Source of the DNA: an uncultured Candidatus Bathyarchaeia archaeon
GTDB lineage: Archaea > Thermoproteota > Bathyarchaeia > EX4484-135 > B24-G1
Assembly: GCA_964555905.1 (NCBI GenBank)
Contig: CAZKUI010000002.1
Coordinates: 1-41,075 of the forward strand
Reading direction: 5' to 3'
Length of the DNA stretch: 41,075 nt
Shown here: positions 16,470-25,770 of the stretch, piece by piece
Numbering within the stretch: the stretch's first letter is position 1
Layout: each line of letters opens with the position of its first letter
Notes under the pieces: model-generated
Database searches by the model: none
What the model saw: only the letters and a program-made list of their open reading frames with translations
What the model was told of the DNA's origin: nothing
Translations under genes and position numbers: made by a program

Positions 16470-17852
16470 TTGATAAAGATAATTAATCAGAAAGAACTCG
16501 TGGAAAATGCTATTTTTGAAGAAGATAAGAGGGCGAGACGGGCATTACTGAGAATATTAGAGATGGCTTTAAATTCTGTGGAGCCTAAGGCAGCGATCAA
16601 AGGTCAGATATACCGGGTAGAAAACAAACTCGTCGTTGGAGACCTAACATTTAATCTCGACGAATTTCGGCGTATTTTCGTTGTTGGAGGTGGGAAAGCT
16701 GGTGGCGCCATGGCTGAGGCCTTGGAGGAAATGCTTGGGGATAGAATTACCCGGGGGGTTGTTAATGTATTAAGGGGGACGAAGAGCCGCTTTAGGACGA
16801 GCAGGATAATCCTGAATGAGGCAAGCCATCCAATTCCCGATGAGGATGGAATGAGGGGCGCCGAGGCCATGATAAAACTTGCAGAGGAGGCCGGAGAGAA
16901 AGACCTAGTCATTTGCCTCATCTCCGGTGGAGGTTCAGCCCTAATGCCCCTCCCAGCGGAGGGCATCACCCTAAGGGACCAGCAAATACTAACAGACCTA
17001 CTCCTCAAAAGCGGCGCTTCCATAAACGAAATTAATGCAGTCAGAAAGCACATTTCGAAACTGAAGGGAGGTCAACTTGCAAAGGCAGCCTACCCAGCCA
17101 CATTAATCAGTCTCGTCCTTTCAGACGTCGTTGGGGATCCACTAGATTCCATAGCCTCTGGCCCCACGGTTCCAGATACAACCACTTTTAGGGATGCCAT
17201 TTTAGTTCTGAAGAAATACAACTTATGGGAGAGAACTCCCGAGGCTATCAGAAATTGGCTTGAGGCTGGTTTTAGAGGCGTTGTTCCAGAGACGCCAAAA
17301 CCCGGAGATGAGGTCTTTAATAGGTCGTACGCCGTCATTGTGGGGAATAATAGGCTTGCAGCCCTCGCGGCTCGTGACAAAGCCGAGAAGATGGGTTTCA
17401 ACACGCTTTTTTTATCCTCCATGATAGAAGGAGAGGCGAGGCACGTGGGCACGGTCTACGCCGGCATTGTGAGGGAAATTCTGGCATCTGATAATCCGAT
17501 TCCGAGACCAGCAGTTGTAATAGCCGGAGGAGAAACTACAGTTACCGTAACGGGAAAGGGTAGGGGTGGGCGAAACCAAGAGTTAGTTCTCAGTGCATCC
17601 TTGAAGATGGATGGACTTAGAGGGGTCGCCATCGCCTCTATAGGCACAGATGGAATAGATGGCCCCACAGATGCGGCAGGGGCTATTGCTGATGGACAAA
17701 CGGCTGCACGAGCACGGAATAAAAATTTGGATTTACTGGAGTTTCTAATGGACAACAACTCCTACGCCTTCTTTTCCGAACTTGGCGACCTAATCTTCAC
17801 AGGGCCCACGGGAACCAACGTTAATGACCTCACGGTGATGGTAGTTGTCTAA
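16470..17852 (+). CDS. gck: Glycerate 2-kinase (MOFRL family; also annotated as hydroxypyruvate reductase-like)
   Basis: VVGGGKAGGAMA, ISGGGSAL, IAGGETTVTVTGKGRGGRNQE and TDGIDGPTDAAGA match the DUF4147+MOFRL family layout. The start is TTG. Confidence 0.82.
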   Translation: MIKIINQKELVENAIFEEDKRARRALLRILEMALNSVEPKAAIKGQIYRVENKLVVGDLTFNLDEFRRIFVVGGGKAGGAMAEALEEMLGDRITRGVVNVLRGTKSRFRTSRIILNEASHPIPDEDGMRGAEAMIKLAEEAGEKDLVICLISGGGSALMPLPAEGITLRDQQILTDLLLKSGASINEINAVRKHISKLKGGQLAKAAYPATLISLVLSDVVGDPLDSIASGPTVPDTTTFRDAILVLKKYNLWERTPEAIRNWLEAGFRGVVPETPKPGDEVFNRSYAVIVGNNRLAALAARDKAEKMGFNTLFLSSMIEGEARHVGTVYAGIVREILASDNPIPRPAVVIAGGETTVTVTGKGRGGRNQELVLSASLKMDGLRGVAIASIGTDGIDGPTDAAGAIADGQTAARARNKNLDLLEFLMDNNSYAFFSELGDLIFTGPTGTNVNDLTVMVVV

Positions 17853-17911
17853 AGCCGATTTAACACCATGGATTTCTTCGTAGACGGAAAAGCCAACATA
17901 ACGTTTTTTGG

Positions 17912-17996
17912 TGCGGGGGGTGGGATTTGAACCCACGCAGGCCTACGCCACAGGGTCCTAAGCCCTGCCCCTTTGACCAGGCTCGGGTACCCCCGC
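17912..17996 (-). tRNA. tRNA-Leu (anticodon TAG), long variable arm, CCA encoded at 17909-17911
   Basis: The reverse complement folds with acceptor GCGGGGG/CCCCCGC, anticodon stem CAGGG/CCCTG, loop CTTAGGA, a variable arm of about 14 nt, and T arm GTGGG-TTCAAAT-CCCAC. Length 85 nt. Confidence 0.9.
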
Positions 17997-18101
17997 CTAG
18001 CTTTAAGGTTGCGTGATGCCCAACTTAAATTTTTAATCTCGGGTATGCCCCGCGGTATGGTTGGGGGCATTCCTAAATATTATTTGTTTCGCCTTGGAGG
18101 G

Positions 18102-21100
18102 TTAAGTTAGTCCTGCGCATCTTTTGCATATCCTTTTCTTGAATAGGAATCCTTTGACGGTCATGCAGTCTTGGCAGACTAGGAGGCCGCATTCTGGGCA
18201 CATTTCTGCGTGTTCCTTGTCCGTTATGCGGTTGCATATCGGGCATTGAACGGCGCAGCTCTGGCATATGTAGCGTCCACGTTCCCGGTGTGGGTATTTG
18301 GGTTCCTGCATGCAGTACTGGCGGCCGCAGGAGGCGCAGGTCCATGCGTCGTCTAGGCAGACCGTTCTGCCGCAGCCCGCGCAGACGGTTCTGCACTCAG
18401 CGCACACGGACCGCCCACAGAGGGGGCAAAGTTCGAGTTGAGTGGGGCATTGATCGCGGCCGCACAGGCCGCAGGGTACTAGGTGCGCCTCGTAGTCCTC
18501 CGAACAGAATGTCCCCCCACAGTCCGTGCAGTGAACGGCGTCTCTCGTGCATAGCGCATTCAGGCACGTTTGGCAGAACTGCAACTCCGAGATGGTAGGT
18601 ATGGGGGCGTGGCAGACATTACATTGCGCCAGCCACCCATCCCCCGTGAAGCCGTTCCAGTGCGCACTGAAGCGCCCGGACCTACCCTCATACGCGACCT
18701 CCACCTCTACGTCGTAGACGGGAACCCATACTAAGTCGAGGATGGATATCTCCACCTCGGATTTCCTCGGGCGGACATCATATTCTCTTATTTCCGCCTT
18801 CCGTAGCTTTTCTACGACCCTACCCAGCTTTGCTTGGTGTCTACGCTTCCTCCTCCTAATTTTATTCAGCTCCGCCCTTTTTTCGGAAATCTCCGCTTTC
18901 ACACTCCTTATCTCCTCAGAAAGTAGCTTCTTTTTCTCCCTCAGTTCCTCGATGCGACTTTCAGCGTCTACTAGCTTCCTTTCTTTCTCTAAGAGTTTCA
19001 CCTGCTGCTCTTTGAGCTTCCCTAAGTTCTTCCTCGTCTTCTCTAATTCCTTCCGAATTTTCTTTAGCGCTTTCTCAGTTTTCTTAAGCGATTTAATTTC
19101 TCTCTTGATTTCTTTGATACGCTTTTCCCTAGTTTTTATCCGCGCCTTAATGGGTGGTCTTTCCGCCCTTTTTCTCTTTTTAGCCTGCTCCTTTAGAGAT
19201 TTAACTTCTAACTCCAATTTCTTTAGTTCTATTTGGAGTTTCTCCATGCGTTTTACCTGTTTCTTAAGCCGCTGTTCCTCGGCGGTTGCTTCGTCCTCGT
19301 GCTTCTCAAGTATTCTGATCTTTCTTTTAATCTCCTTAAGTTTCTTCTTTACTTCCATCACTCGCCGTGATGTTATTTTAAGTTCTTTATTTATTGCATC
19401 TAGCCTCCTCTTCATGGTGGTGAATCTCGCTTGTGCCTCATCTAGCTCCTCGAGAAGTTGTTTCTCCATTCCTCCAAGCTTTGACTCTATCTCTTCTTCC
19501 CCAGCCTTCTCGATATATTCTATTTCTTGCCGTATCTCCTCTTTGAATTCTTCGAGCGAAGTTCCGGGGGTGGAGTATTTCTTGAGAGCTGGGTGGAGGT
19601 AGACCTTTCTTTGCGCTCTATTTATGGCGTGGTGGATTAGATTGCTCTTCAGCTTCCTTATTCCACGTGGGCTTCTTACGACCGTTGGAAGCTCCGCCAG
19701 CTTTCCCGGCTCGCGGGGCTGAACCAGCAGATTTCGACTGTCTACGCTGTCTACTTTAACCCCATACGCCTCCACGCTGTCCAAGTCTAGGGTTTCAGAT
19801 TCTAGGGGTATGAGGTTCTCCAACTTCAGAGTGTATTCAGCTTTAGGTCTCTTGCGTTTGACCTCCACCTGCACGACGCTGTGCAAGGCCGGCTGATAGC
19901 GGGGACCCCCACTAACGATGGAGAACTCGTAGGATGGGAACGCATCCCTAAGTTCTCGGATGAAGTCGTTCAGGCTTCTATACGTATCTAGGTAGTAGCT
20001 GGGGATGGCCTCCGCCACCTCAACCGTACGCTCCGCCTCTAGGGGCGCAGGCCGCGCAGCCTCCTTAGGGGCTAGCAGAGGCCTCACGACGTAACGCTGT
20101 AGACGCTCCCTCTGGCGTTCGGTGAGCCTGCGCACCTCCCCCTTGGTGATCGGCCCCCGATGGTAGACCATTAGGTGCCTCGTCCTAAAGACTATGGGTC
20201 CCTCCAACTTAACCCCGTGAAGCACGAACGTCCTCGGGGGGAGCGAGGAGATCACCTTAGCTAGGGTCCGCCTATCCAGCGTGGCGCCTTGATCCTCAAA
20301 TACGGACGTGAGCCCCTCCAAGATTCGCTCCCTATCTCTGGCGGTTTGAAGCTTCCCGATCATCCATATTCCGCAGTTGGATAGCGCCTTATAGTCTACA
20401 TCCATGGGGTTTTGTGTGGCTAGGATGCAGGAGAGGCCGTACGCCCTTCCCTGCTTCAGCAGTAGCGTTAGGGGTCGTTTAGTGGGTGGGGTGTAGGGGT
20501 GGGGCGGTAGGTAACCGTAGATTTCGTCAAAGTAGAAGATGTACCTGACGGTTTGGGCTCCGGGGTTCGTGAGCATCCAACTATACAGCTCCCACAGGAG
20601 GAGGGTGAGAAAGAATTGCCTCTCACGCTCCCCAAGATGCGCTATGTAGAATATGGAGACCCTCGGGCGGCCGCCAACCCCGAAGAAGAAGTCCATATCC
20701 ATGGGAACCCCGGTAACCCAGCTCTCGAAGTATGGAGATGCCAAAATCTTGTTTAGGTCTACGGCTAGGCGTCGGCGTTGCTTAGGCGGCGCGAACTCGT
20801 CTACGTCTACAACTCCAAGCTTAGACATCGGGGGCTCCTTAACGCTCTCTATGAGGGTTGGTAAGTCCAAATCCACGCCGCCCCTCCAAGCCTGCTCGAT
20901 GATGTTAGACAGCAGTATGTGCTCCCCACTCTTCACAGGGTCCGATTCATGCCCCACCATCTCCAGTAGGGCTGACACTACACCCCTAATCTTATCCCTC
21001 AGAACCTCCTCGTCTTCATCCCAACTTAGGCCCTGAGGAACCTTAAGTGAGTGAAGAATGGAGACAGGCGTCCCAAAACTGGCTCCGGGTGTGAATATGC

Positions 21101-21566
21101 ATATGTCAGCCGCGTCCTTCAGCATGCGAACACGCTCTTTAGGTATTCCCCACGCCTCCAGACCCCGCTCCCAGGCCTCGGCGACCTTCTCAGCGTACTC
21201 CTTCACGGTTAACCCTTGCCGCTCCGCCTCCTCCCGGCTTACCCAAGGCTCGAAGTCCTCAGCTTTAAGGTGTGGGAACGCTAAGAGCAGGTTTGTCAGG
21301 TCTCCCTTCGGGTCTACGAGGATCGCCGGAATCCCGTTGAGTATGGCCTCCTCCAAAAGCACTAAACAGGTTCCGGTCTTCCCAGAGCCCGTCATGCCGA
21401 GAATCATAGCGTGGGTGTTCAAGTCGCTCGGATTAAGGTAGACCGGTTCATCCCTCAGAACGGTCATGGTAGCCTCATCAACCCGGGCTCCCAAGTAAAA
21501 GAGGCCAGCAGAAACCCCCTCAGCGCCGCCCTCACCCATACCTAAAACCAAAATAATAGAAATCAA
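18102..21566 (-). CDS. Giant HerA/FtsK-superfamily P-loop ATPase fused to a long coiled coil and a C-terminal multi-zinc-ribbon array
   Basis: ATPase motifs are Walker A GMTGSGKTG, VDPKGD, YIFYFDEIYG and ATQNPMDVDYKALSNCGIWMIGKLQTARD. Residues about 670-928 are a K/E-rich heptad region with one RPP break. The last 175 aa hold 13 CxxC pairs. The likely true start is ATG at 21539 (MGEGG...), about 40 nt downstream of the TATA-like AAAAATTAAG at 21575-21585. Confidence 0.75.
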   Translation of the reverse strand: MISIILVLGMGEGGAEGVSAGLFYLGARVDEATMTVLRDEPVYLNPSDLNTHAMILGMTGSGKTGTCLVLLEEAILNGIPAILVDPKGDLTNLLLAFPHLKAEDFEPWVSREEAERQGLTVKEYAEKVAEAWERGLEAWGIPKERVRMLKDAADICIFTPGASFGTPVSILHSLKVPQGLSWDEDEEVLRDKIRGVVSALLEMVGHESDPVKSGEHILLSNIIEQAWRGGVDLDLPTLIESVKEPPMSKLGVVDVDEFAPPKQRRRLAVDLNKILASPYFESWVTGVPMDMDFFFGVGGRPRVSIFYIAHLGERERQFFLTLLLWELYSWMLTNPGAQTVRYIFYFDEIYGYLPPHPYTPPTKRPLTLLLKQGRAYGLSCILATQNPMDVDYKALSNCGIWMIGKLQTARDRERILEGLTSVFEDQGATLDRRTLAKVISSLPPRTFVLHGVKLEGPIVFRTRHLMVYHRGPITKGEVRRLTERQRERLQRYVVRPLLAPKEAARPAPLEAERTVEVAEAIPSYYLDTYRSLNDFIRELRDAFPSYEFSIVSGGPRYQPALHSVVQVEVKRKRPKAEYTLKLENLIPLESETLDLDSVEAYGVKVDSVDSRNLLVQPREPGKLAELPTVVRSPRGIRKLKSNLIHHAINRAQRKVYLHPALKKYSTPGTSLEEFKEEIRQEIEYIEKAGEEEIESKLGGMEKQLLEELDEAQARFTTMKRRLDAINKELKITSRRVMEVKKKLKEIKRKIRILEKHEDEATAEEQRLKKQVKRMEKLQIELKKLELEVKSLKEQAKKRKRAERPPIKARIKTREKRIKEIKREIKSLKKTEKALKKIRKELEKTRKNLGKLKEQQVKLLEKERKLVDAESRIEELREKKKLLSEEIRSVKAEISEKRAELNKIRRRKRRHQAKLGRVVEKLRKAEIREYDVRPRKSEVEISILDLVWVPVYDVEVEVAYEGRSGRFSAHWNGFTGDGWLAQCNVCHAPIPTISELQFCQTCLNALCTRDAVHCTDCGGTFCSEDYEAHLVPCGLCGRDQCPTQLELCPLCGRSVCAECRTVCAGCGRTVCLDDAWTCASCGRQYCMQEPKYPHRERGRYICQSCAVQCPICNRITDKEHAEMCPECGLLVCQDCMTVKGFLFKKRICKRCAGLT

Positions 21567-21679
21567 CGGGAACCCTTAATTTTTGCGTCGCTAGGCAAAG
21601 TGCAAATCAAACACCTAACCACGAAAGAGAGTAAAACAGCTGATGGTTCAAGTTAGATTTAAGGTTCCATAGAACCCGG

Positions 21680-21702
21680 TCTTCGGCCTTTTGAGCCGAA
21701 GA
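21680..21702 (-). terminator. Hairpin (8-bp stem TCTTCGGC/GCCGAAGA, 7-nt loop) downstream of alaX
   Basis: A perfect inverted repeat lies 35 nt after the alaX stop, in the 170-nt spacer before the giant ATPase gene. Confidence 0.3.
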
Positions 21703-21736
21703 TGCGAAAAGTCCCCGCATTGATGGCTATGTGGTC

Positions 21737-23047
21737 TTAGGCCCTCAAAATTCTCAAGACCTCACCTTTACAATAGTTTAGGGCTTCTCCAAGTTTTTTA
21801 GCATCTATTCCACCAGCTTGCGCAATTTTCGGTGCTCCACCACCCCTTCCTTTAATAATCTCGGCGGCGCCACCGGCCAAGGCCGCCGTGTTTATCCCAA
21901 CTTTTACAGCTCTCTCCCCAGCCGCACAGACGAGGTAAGGCTTTCCCTCATAGACGGAGCCCAAAACTACAACCGCCCTAGGCTCCCTAGATGTAATATA
22001 AGTGGCCATCCTCCTAATCTCCTTCGGACTCAAATCTCTAAACTCCCGAATAACAAGCCTAAATTCCCCGATACTTTCAGCATCTAGGAGCATACGCTCC
22101 GCCTTTAATTCCGCCAACTCCCCAAGAATCTTCTCTAACCTCTCCTTTAGCGTTCTCCTCTCCTCAAGAAGCTTCTTAACCCTTCCCTCCACCTCGCTTA
22201 CGGGAACCTGTAGGAGCCTGCTGATAGAACTCATACTTCTCACGGCGTCCTCAAATCTCCTATATGCTGGAACTCCAGCTGTAAATTCAACCCTCTCAAC
22301 ACCCTTCTGGAGCCTGTAACGCTCAATTATCTTTATAAGACCCACCTCGGAGGTCGACGAAACGTGAGTTCCACAGCATAGCGCCACATCCCAATCATCA
22401 ACCTCTACAACTCGAACGACACCCGTCGGGGTTACTTCCGTGACACCAAGCTTACTCCCGTATAGCCTCTCAGCTTCCTCCCTCGTTGTAAACCAGGTTT
22501 TCACCTTTCTGTTCTCGAGACATATCCTATTTGAGATGCTTTCAGCCTTCTCAAGCTGTTCGGGCGTTATCGGCTTCCCATAATTTATGTCTATTCTGGA
22601 AAATTCATCCCCTATGCCCACACCCATGTAGACAAGCCTTTCAACGCCTAAAACATGTCTTAATGCCGAGAATAGTATGTGAGAAGCTGTGTGCTGCCTC
22701 ATCCTCGCATACCTAACATCCCAGTCTATCTCCCCATGTACCTTCTCCCCCTTCACGACGGAACCGCTAATTAATTTACAGATGTGGACGATTACACCGT
22801 CAGCTGATTGTGTATCTATTACATCTAACTCTCCACCCGAACTAGAAAGTCTACCGATATCCCCGGCTTGACCCCCACCCTCAGGAAAGAAACAAGTTTC
22901 ATCCAAAACAACGTATAGTTTATCCCCCACCTCCACTACCTCAAGAATTTTCGCGTCGAAACTCTTCTTGTATGCATCTTCATAGTATAGGGGGCGTGTA
23001 TCAGGTAGGCCCCTAACCCTATCAAGGACTTCCTGAGGAATTTCCAT
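21737..23047 (-). CDS. alaX: AlaX-L type alanyl-tRNA editing protein (AlaRS second-additional domain plus DHHA1-like C-terminus)
   Basis: It has the zinc-binding editing motifs HTASHIL (HxxxH) and CCGTHV (CxxxH). The C-terminus carries GRGGGAPKIAQAGG, typical of the DHHA1 domain. Confidence 0.85.
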   Translation of the reverse strand: MEIPQEVLDRVRGLPDTRPLYYEDAYKKSFDAKILEVVEVGDKLYVVLDETCFFPEGGGQAGDIGRLSSSGGELDVIDTQSADGVIVHICKLISGSVVKGEKVHGEIDWDVRYARMRQHTASHILFSALRHVLGVERLVYMGVGIGDEFSRIDINYGKPITPEQLEKAESISNRICLENRKVKTWFTTREEAERLYGSKLGVTEVTPTGVVRVVEVDDWDVALCCGTHVSSTSEVGLIKIIERYRLQKGVERVEFTAGVPAYRRFEDAVRSMSSISRLLQVPVSEVEGRVKKLLEERRTLKERLEKILGELAELKAERMLLDAESIGEFRLVIREFRDLSPKEIRRMATYITSREPRAVVVLGSVYEGKPYLVCAAGERAVKVGINTAALAGGAAEIIKGRGGGAPKIAQAGGIDAKKLGEALNYCKGEVLRILRA

Positions 23048-23065
23048 CCCTTTTCTTTAACCCCC

Positions 23066-24013
23066 CTAACCATAGACCCTCCAGTGCTTCTCCACGCCCT
23101 CCTTCGTTAAGTCTATGATATATGCCCTGAAAATTCCCCTGTCGTACTCTGAGCCTGGATTTATGCATAGGGTCCTACCTATGTGGATTTCCCCAGCTGA
23201 CTCGTGTATGTGAGCATGTAGACCTAGTAGAGGTTGATACTTTTCTATAACCTTCCTCACCGCCTTACTTCCAACCGGTATCATAATTGGATGCCCACCG
23301 ACGAGTATAGGTTTCAGGTTTTCATCGAGCTTTGGAGCCATGTCGATCATCGAATCATATGGCGGGCAGTGAAAGTTACAAACGAGATTCTCGTAGTCGT
23401 CGACCATTTTAAACTTCTCTTCCAGTCTCTTCTCCAACTTATCCTCACTTTCTTCCCTTGGGGAATTCCAAGGAGTCGGATTCGTCCACTCACAGCTGAT
23501 CATAGGGTGGTAATCGTCTAAGTAAACGACTTTATCTAGGGGGTACTCAACCCTATCACTCTCCTTAATTACGTCGTCGATGACGAAGGGGTCGTCGTTT
23601 CCCGGGTTCATTATCACCCTCACCTTCGGATCCACCTTCTCCTCTACAAGTTGGATCCACCTTGCAATGCTTTCCTTCATCAATCTATTAAATAACTCAT
23701 CCCACTTACTTCTATCCTTCGCGAGCGCCATTACCTCTTCGTAGGTAGACCTAAATGGATACATGCCGACGAATCGAACCCTTTCTTCAAATTTCTGTAT
23801 CTCCTCCTCGGTCCTCAGAACCCACTCTTTTCCAAATATGTGTGGAGTTTTCCAAGTTCCATCACCCATATCACAGATTGGGACGATCTTCTTCCCTGTT
23901 AGATCTCCATTCATCAGCAGGATGTCCGCTTTATACTCCTTAGCCGCCGCGAGGAATTTCAGCCAAACTTGTTCACTCCCATGCACATCTCCGGAGTAGA
24001 CTATGCGCACCAA
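23066..24013 (-). CDS. Calcineurin-like metallophosphoesterase
   Basis: Motifs appear in order: SGDVHGS, NGDLTGK, PGNDD, FHCPP, LHAHIHES. It lies 18 nt upstream of alaX on the same strand. Confidence 0.75.
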   Translation of the reverse strand: MVRIVYSGDVHGSEQVWLKFLAAAKEYKADILLMNGDLTGKKIVPICDMGDGTWKTPHIFGKEWVLRTEEEIQKFEERVRFVGMYPFRSTYEEVMALAKDRSKWDELFNRLMKESIARWIQLVEEKVDPKVRVIMNPGNDDPFVIDDVIKESDRVEYPLDKVVYLDDYHPMISCEWTNPTPWNSPREESEDKLEKRLEEKFKMVDDYENLVCNFHCPPYDSMIDMAPKLDENLKPILVGGHPIMIPVGSKAVRKVIEKYQPLLGLHAHIHESAGEIHIGRTLCINPGSEYDRGIFRAYIIDLTKEGVEKHWRVYG

Positions 24014-24097
24014 ACTCTCCCCACCTCTACCGCATTTTAAACCTAATAAAAAATCTTAAATACTTTTCCCACACCACACTAAATCTAGGTGGTCTAA

Positions 24098-25735
24098 ATG
24101 GGGGAGAAAATCCCGCTATTTGAGAGAAAGGCTACAGGTCTGGTGAGAGAAATCGGCCCCTGGGGCTTATTGACGATTACAATGAGCTACGCTATCGGCG
24201 GCGGAATCAACCTACTATCAATAAAGAATGGATACCTATACCCGGGCTCCCACGTCGGGTTGGGCTTCCTCTTCGCCGGAATCCCCGTCATCCTCGTCAG
24301 CGTCTGCTACGCAATGCTCGCGATCACGATGCCGAGGAGCGGCGGCGCTTACGTCTTCATTAGCAGAATCCTATCTCCAACGTGGGGATTTCTGGCGAGT
24401 TGGATTTCATGGTTCGGAGGGTGGATGCTCGTAGGAATCATCGCCTACTACGACGTCTTCTTCTGGGGTTGGATGTTCTCAACGATCGGCATGGCGTTTC
24501 ACGCCCCGAACCTCGTTAGCATGGGAGAGTGGATGATGGCGCCGGTAAACTCACTGTGGGTTGGAATTATCCTGGTGATAATCGCCTTTATCATCTGCTC
24601 CCTTAGGATGAGCACCATAATACGCATCGTTCAGGCGCTATGGATAATCCCGGTGATCGGAAGCGTCATAATGCTGGGAATATATGGCGCTAACTATGGA
24701 TTGGCGTCGACATCCCCAGAGGTATTTAAGGCGAAATGGGATGCAGTAATGGGACAAGGCTCGTATGACGAAGTAATGAGCATCGCCCTAGCGAACGGAT
24801 TCGACCCGAAGAAATGGACCACGTTCAGCATGGATGCAACATGGTCAGTTGCTGCATATGCGGCGATTTGGGCATATGGGTCTCCGGCGACACCACCAAC
24901 GTCGGTTGCTGGTGAGGTGAAGACGCCGACAAAGACGCAGCTATTCGGTACGGTTGTTGGAACGATACTCATCGCTACTTACTATGTGCTCGTCAGCACC
25001 CTATGCTACGGGGCATGTGATCCATTCATCAGGGCATACACCTTCAACTTCTATGAGGGATTCGCGGATCAATACACGATAACGCCGAAGGCGACGCCTT
25101 GTCTACCACTATTCGCGGGCGTTCTGAGTGGAAACCTTGGGATAGCTGCTTTCTTAGCTGCATCCGCAGCCGTCTGGCTGTGGAACGACATACCACCATT
25201 CTTCCTATACTTAACGAGGTTCGTATTCGCCTGGGCATTTGACAGGAGCTTCCCAGGCGTCTTCGCGGCTGTTCACCCGACGCTGAGGAGCCCGATAAAC
25301 GCGAACATCCTGATTACAATACTCAGCATCATCGCCGTTGTGTTATGCTGGGGCTGGTGGATCTACGGAATATTCACACTCTTAGATAACGTCGCCTGCC
25401 TCGCGTGGATATTCCCCGACATGTTCGTAGCGTTGGCGGCAGCCGTCCTGCCGATCGTCAGGCCGGAGATCTACCGGGAGTCGCCCATCTCGGCCTGGGA
25501 GATAGCTGGAGTCCCACTTACTACAATATTCGGTATAGTATCCTTCTTCGGTATAGGCCTCTTCGTCTACCTAGTGACTGGAACGATCGCGCCTGGAGGC
25601 ACACCAACACCTGATATACTACTGTTCGTTGCGATGCTCACAATCGGTCTCGCAGTCGCTCTGATATGCCAGTTCAGAGCCGTGAAGAAGGGCATCGCCG
25701 TCTCTGAGATATTCAGAACGATACCGCCAGCCTAG
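24098..25735 (+). CDS. APC-superfamily amino acid/polyamine permease
   Basis: The 545-aa protein has about 12-13 TM helices. N-terminal LVREIGPWGLLTITMSYAIGGGI resembles the APC TM1 region. Confidence 0.6.
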   Translation: MGEKIPLFERKATGLVREIGPWGLLTITMSYAIGGGINLLSIKNGYLYPGSHVGLGFLFAGIPVILVSVCYAMLAITMPRSGGAYVFISRILSPTWGFLASWISWFGGWMLVGIIAYYDVFFWGWMFSTIGMAFHAPNLVSMGEWMMAPVNSLWVGIILVIIAFIICSLRMSTIIRIVQALWIIPVIGSVIMLGIYGANYGLASTSPEVFKAKWDAVMGQGSYDEVMSIALANGFDPKKWTTFSMDATWSVAAYAAIWAYGSPATPPTSVAGEVKTPTKTQLFGTVVGTILIATYYVLVSTLCYGACDPFIRAYTFNFYEGFADQYTITPKATPCLPLFAGVLSGNLGIAAFLAASAAVWLWNDIPPFFLYLTRFVFAWAFDRSFPGVFAAVHPTLRSPINANILITILSIIAVVLCWGWWIYGIFTLLDNVACLAWIFPDMFVALAAAVLPIVRPEIYRESPISAWEIAGVPLTTIFGIVSFFGIGLFVYLVTGTIAPGGTPTPDILLFVAMLTIGLAVALICQFRAVKKGIAVSEIFRTIPPA

Positions 25736-25770
25736 AATAGCCGGAATTAAGCATAAATTAGCTCCCCTTT

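Noticed and set aside
18073-18396. A 107-aa minus-strand ORF overlapping the 3' end of the giant gene.
   Set aside because: It is an out-of-frame overlap with the CxxC-rich region, is Arg/Pro-rich, and would run past the real stop towards the tRNA-Leu promoter.
18742-19602. A 286-aa ORF on the plus strand inside the giant ATPase gene.
   Set aside because: It is the antisense shadow of the K/E-rich coiled-coil codons (AAG/GAG read as CTT/CTC). The product is S/F/L-rich low-complexity sequence with no start context.
23066-24013. The metallophosphoesterase considered as an Mre11-like partner of the HerA-like ATPase, giving a HerA-Mre11-Rad50-like system.
   Set aside because: Motif III is GNDD rather than the Mre11-type GNHD/E, and there is no capping or DNA-binding domain. 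The gene is separated from the ATPase by alaX, a hairpin and a separate promoter. A link cannot be supported from sequence alone.
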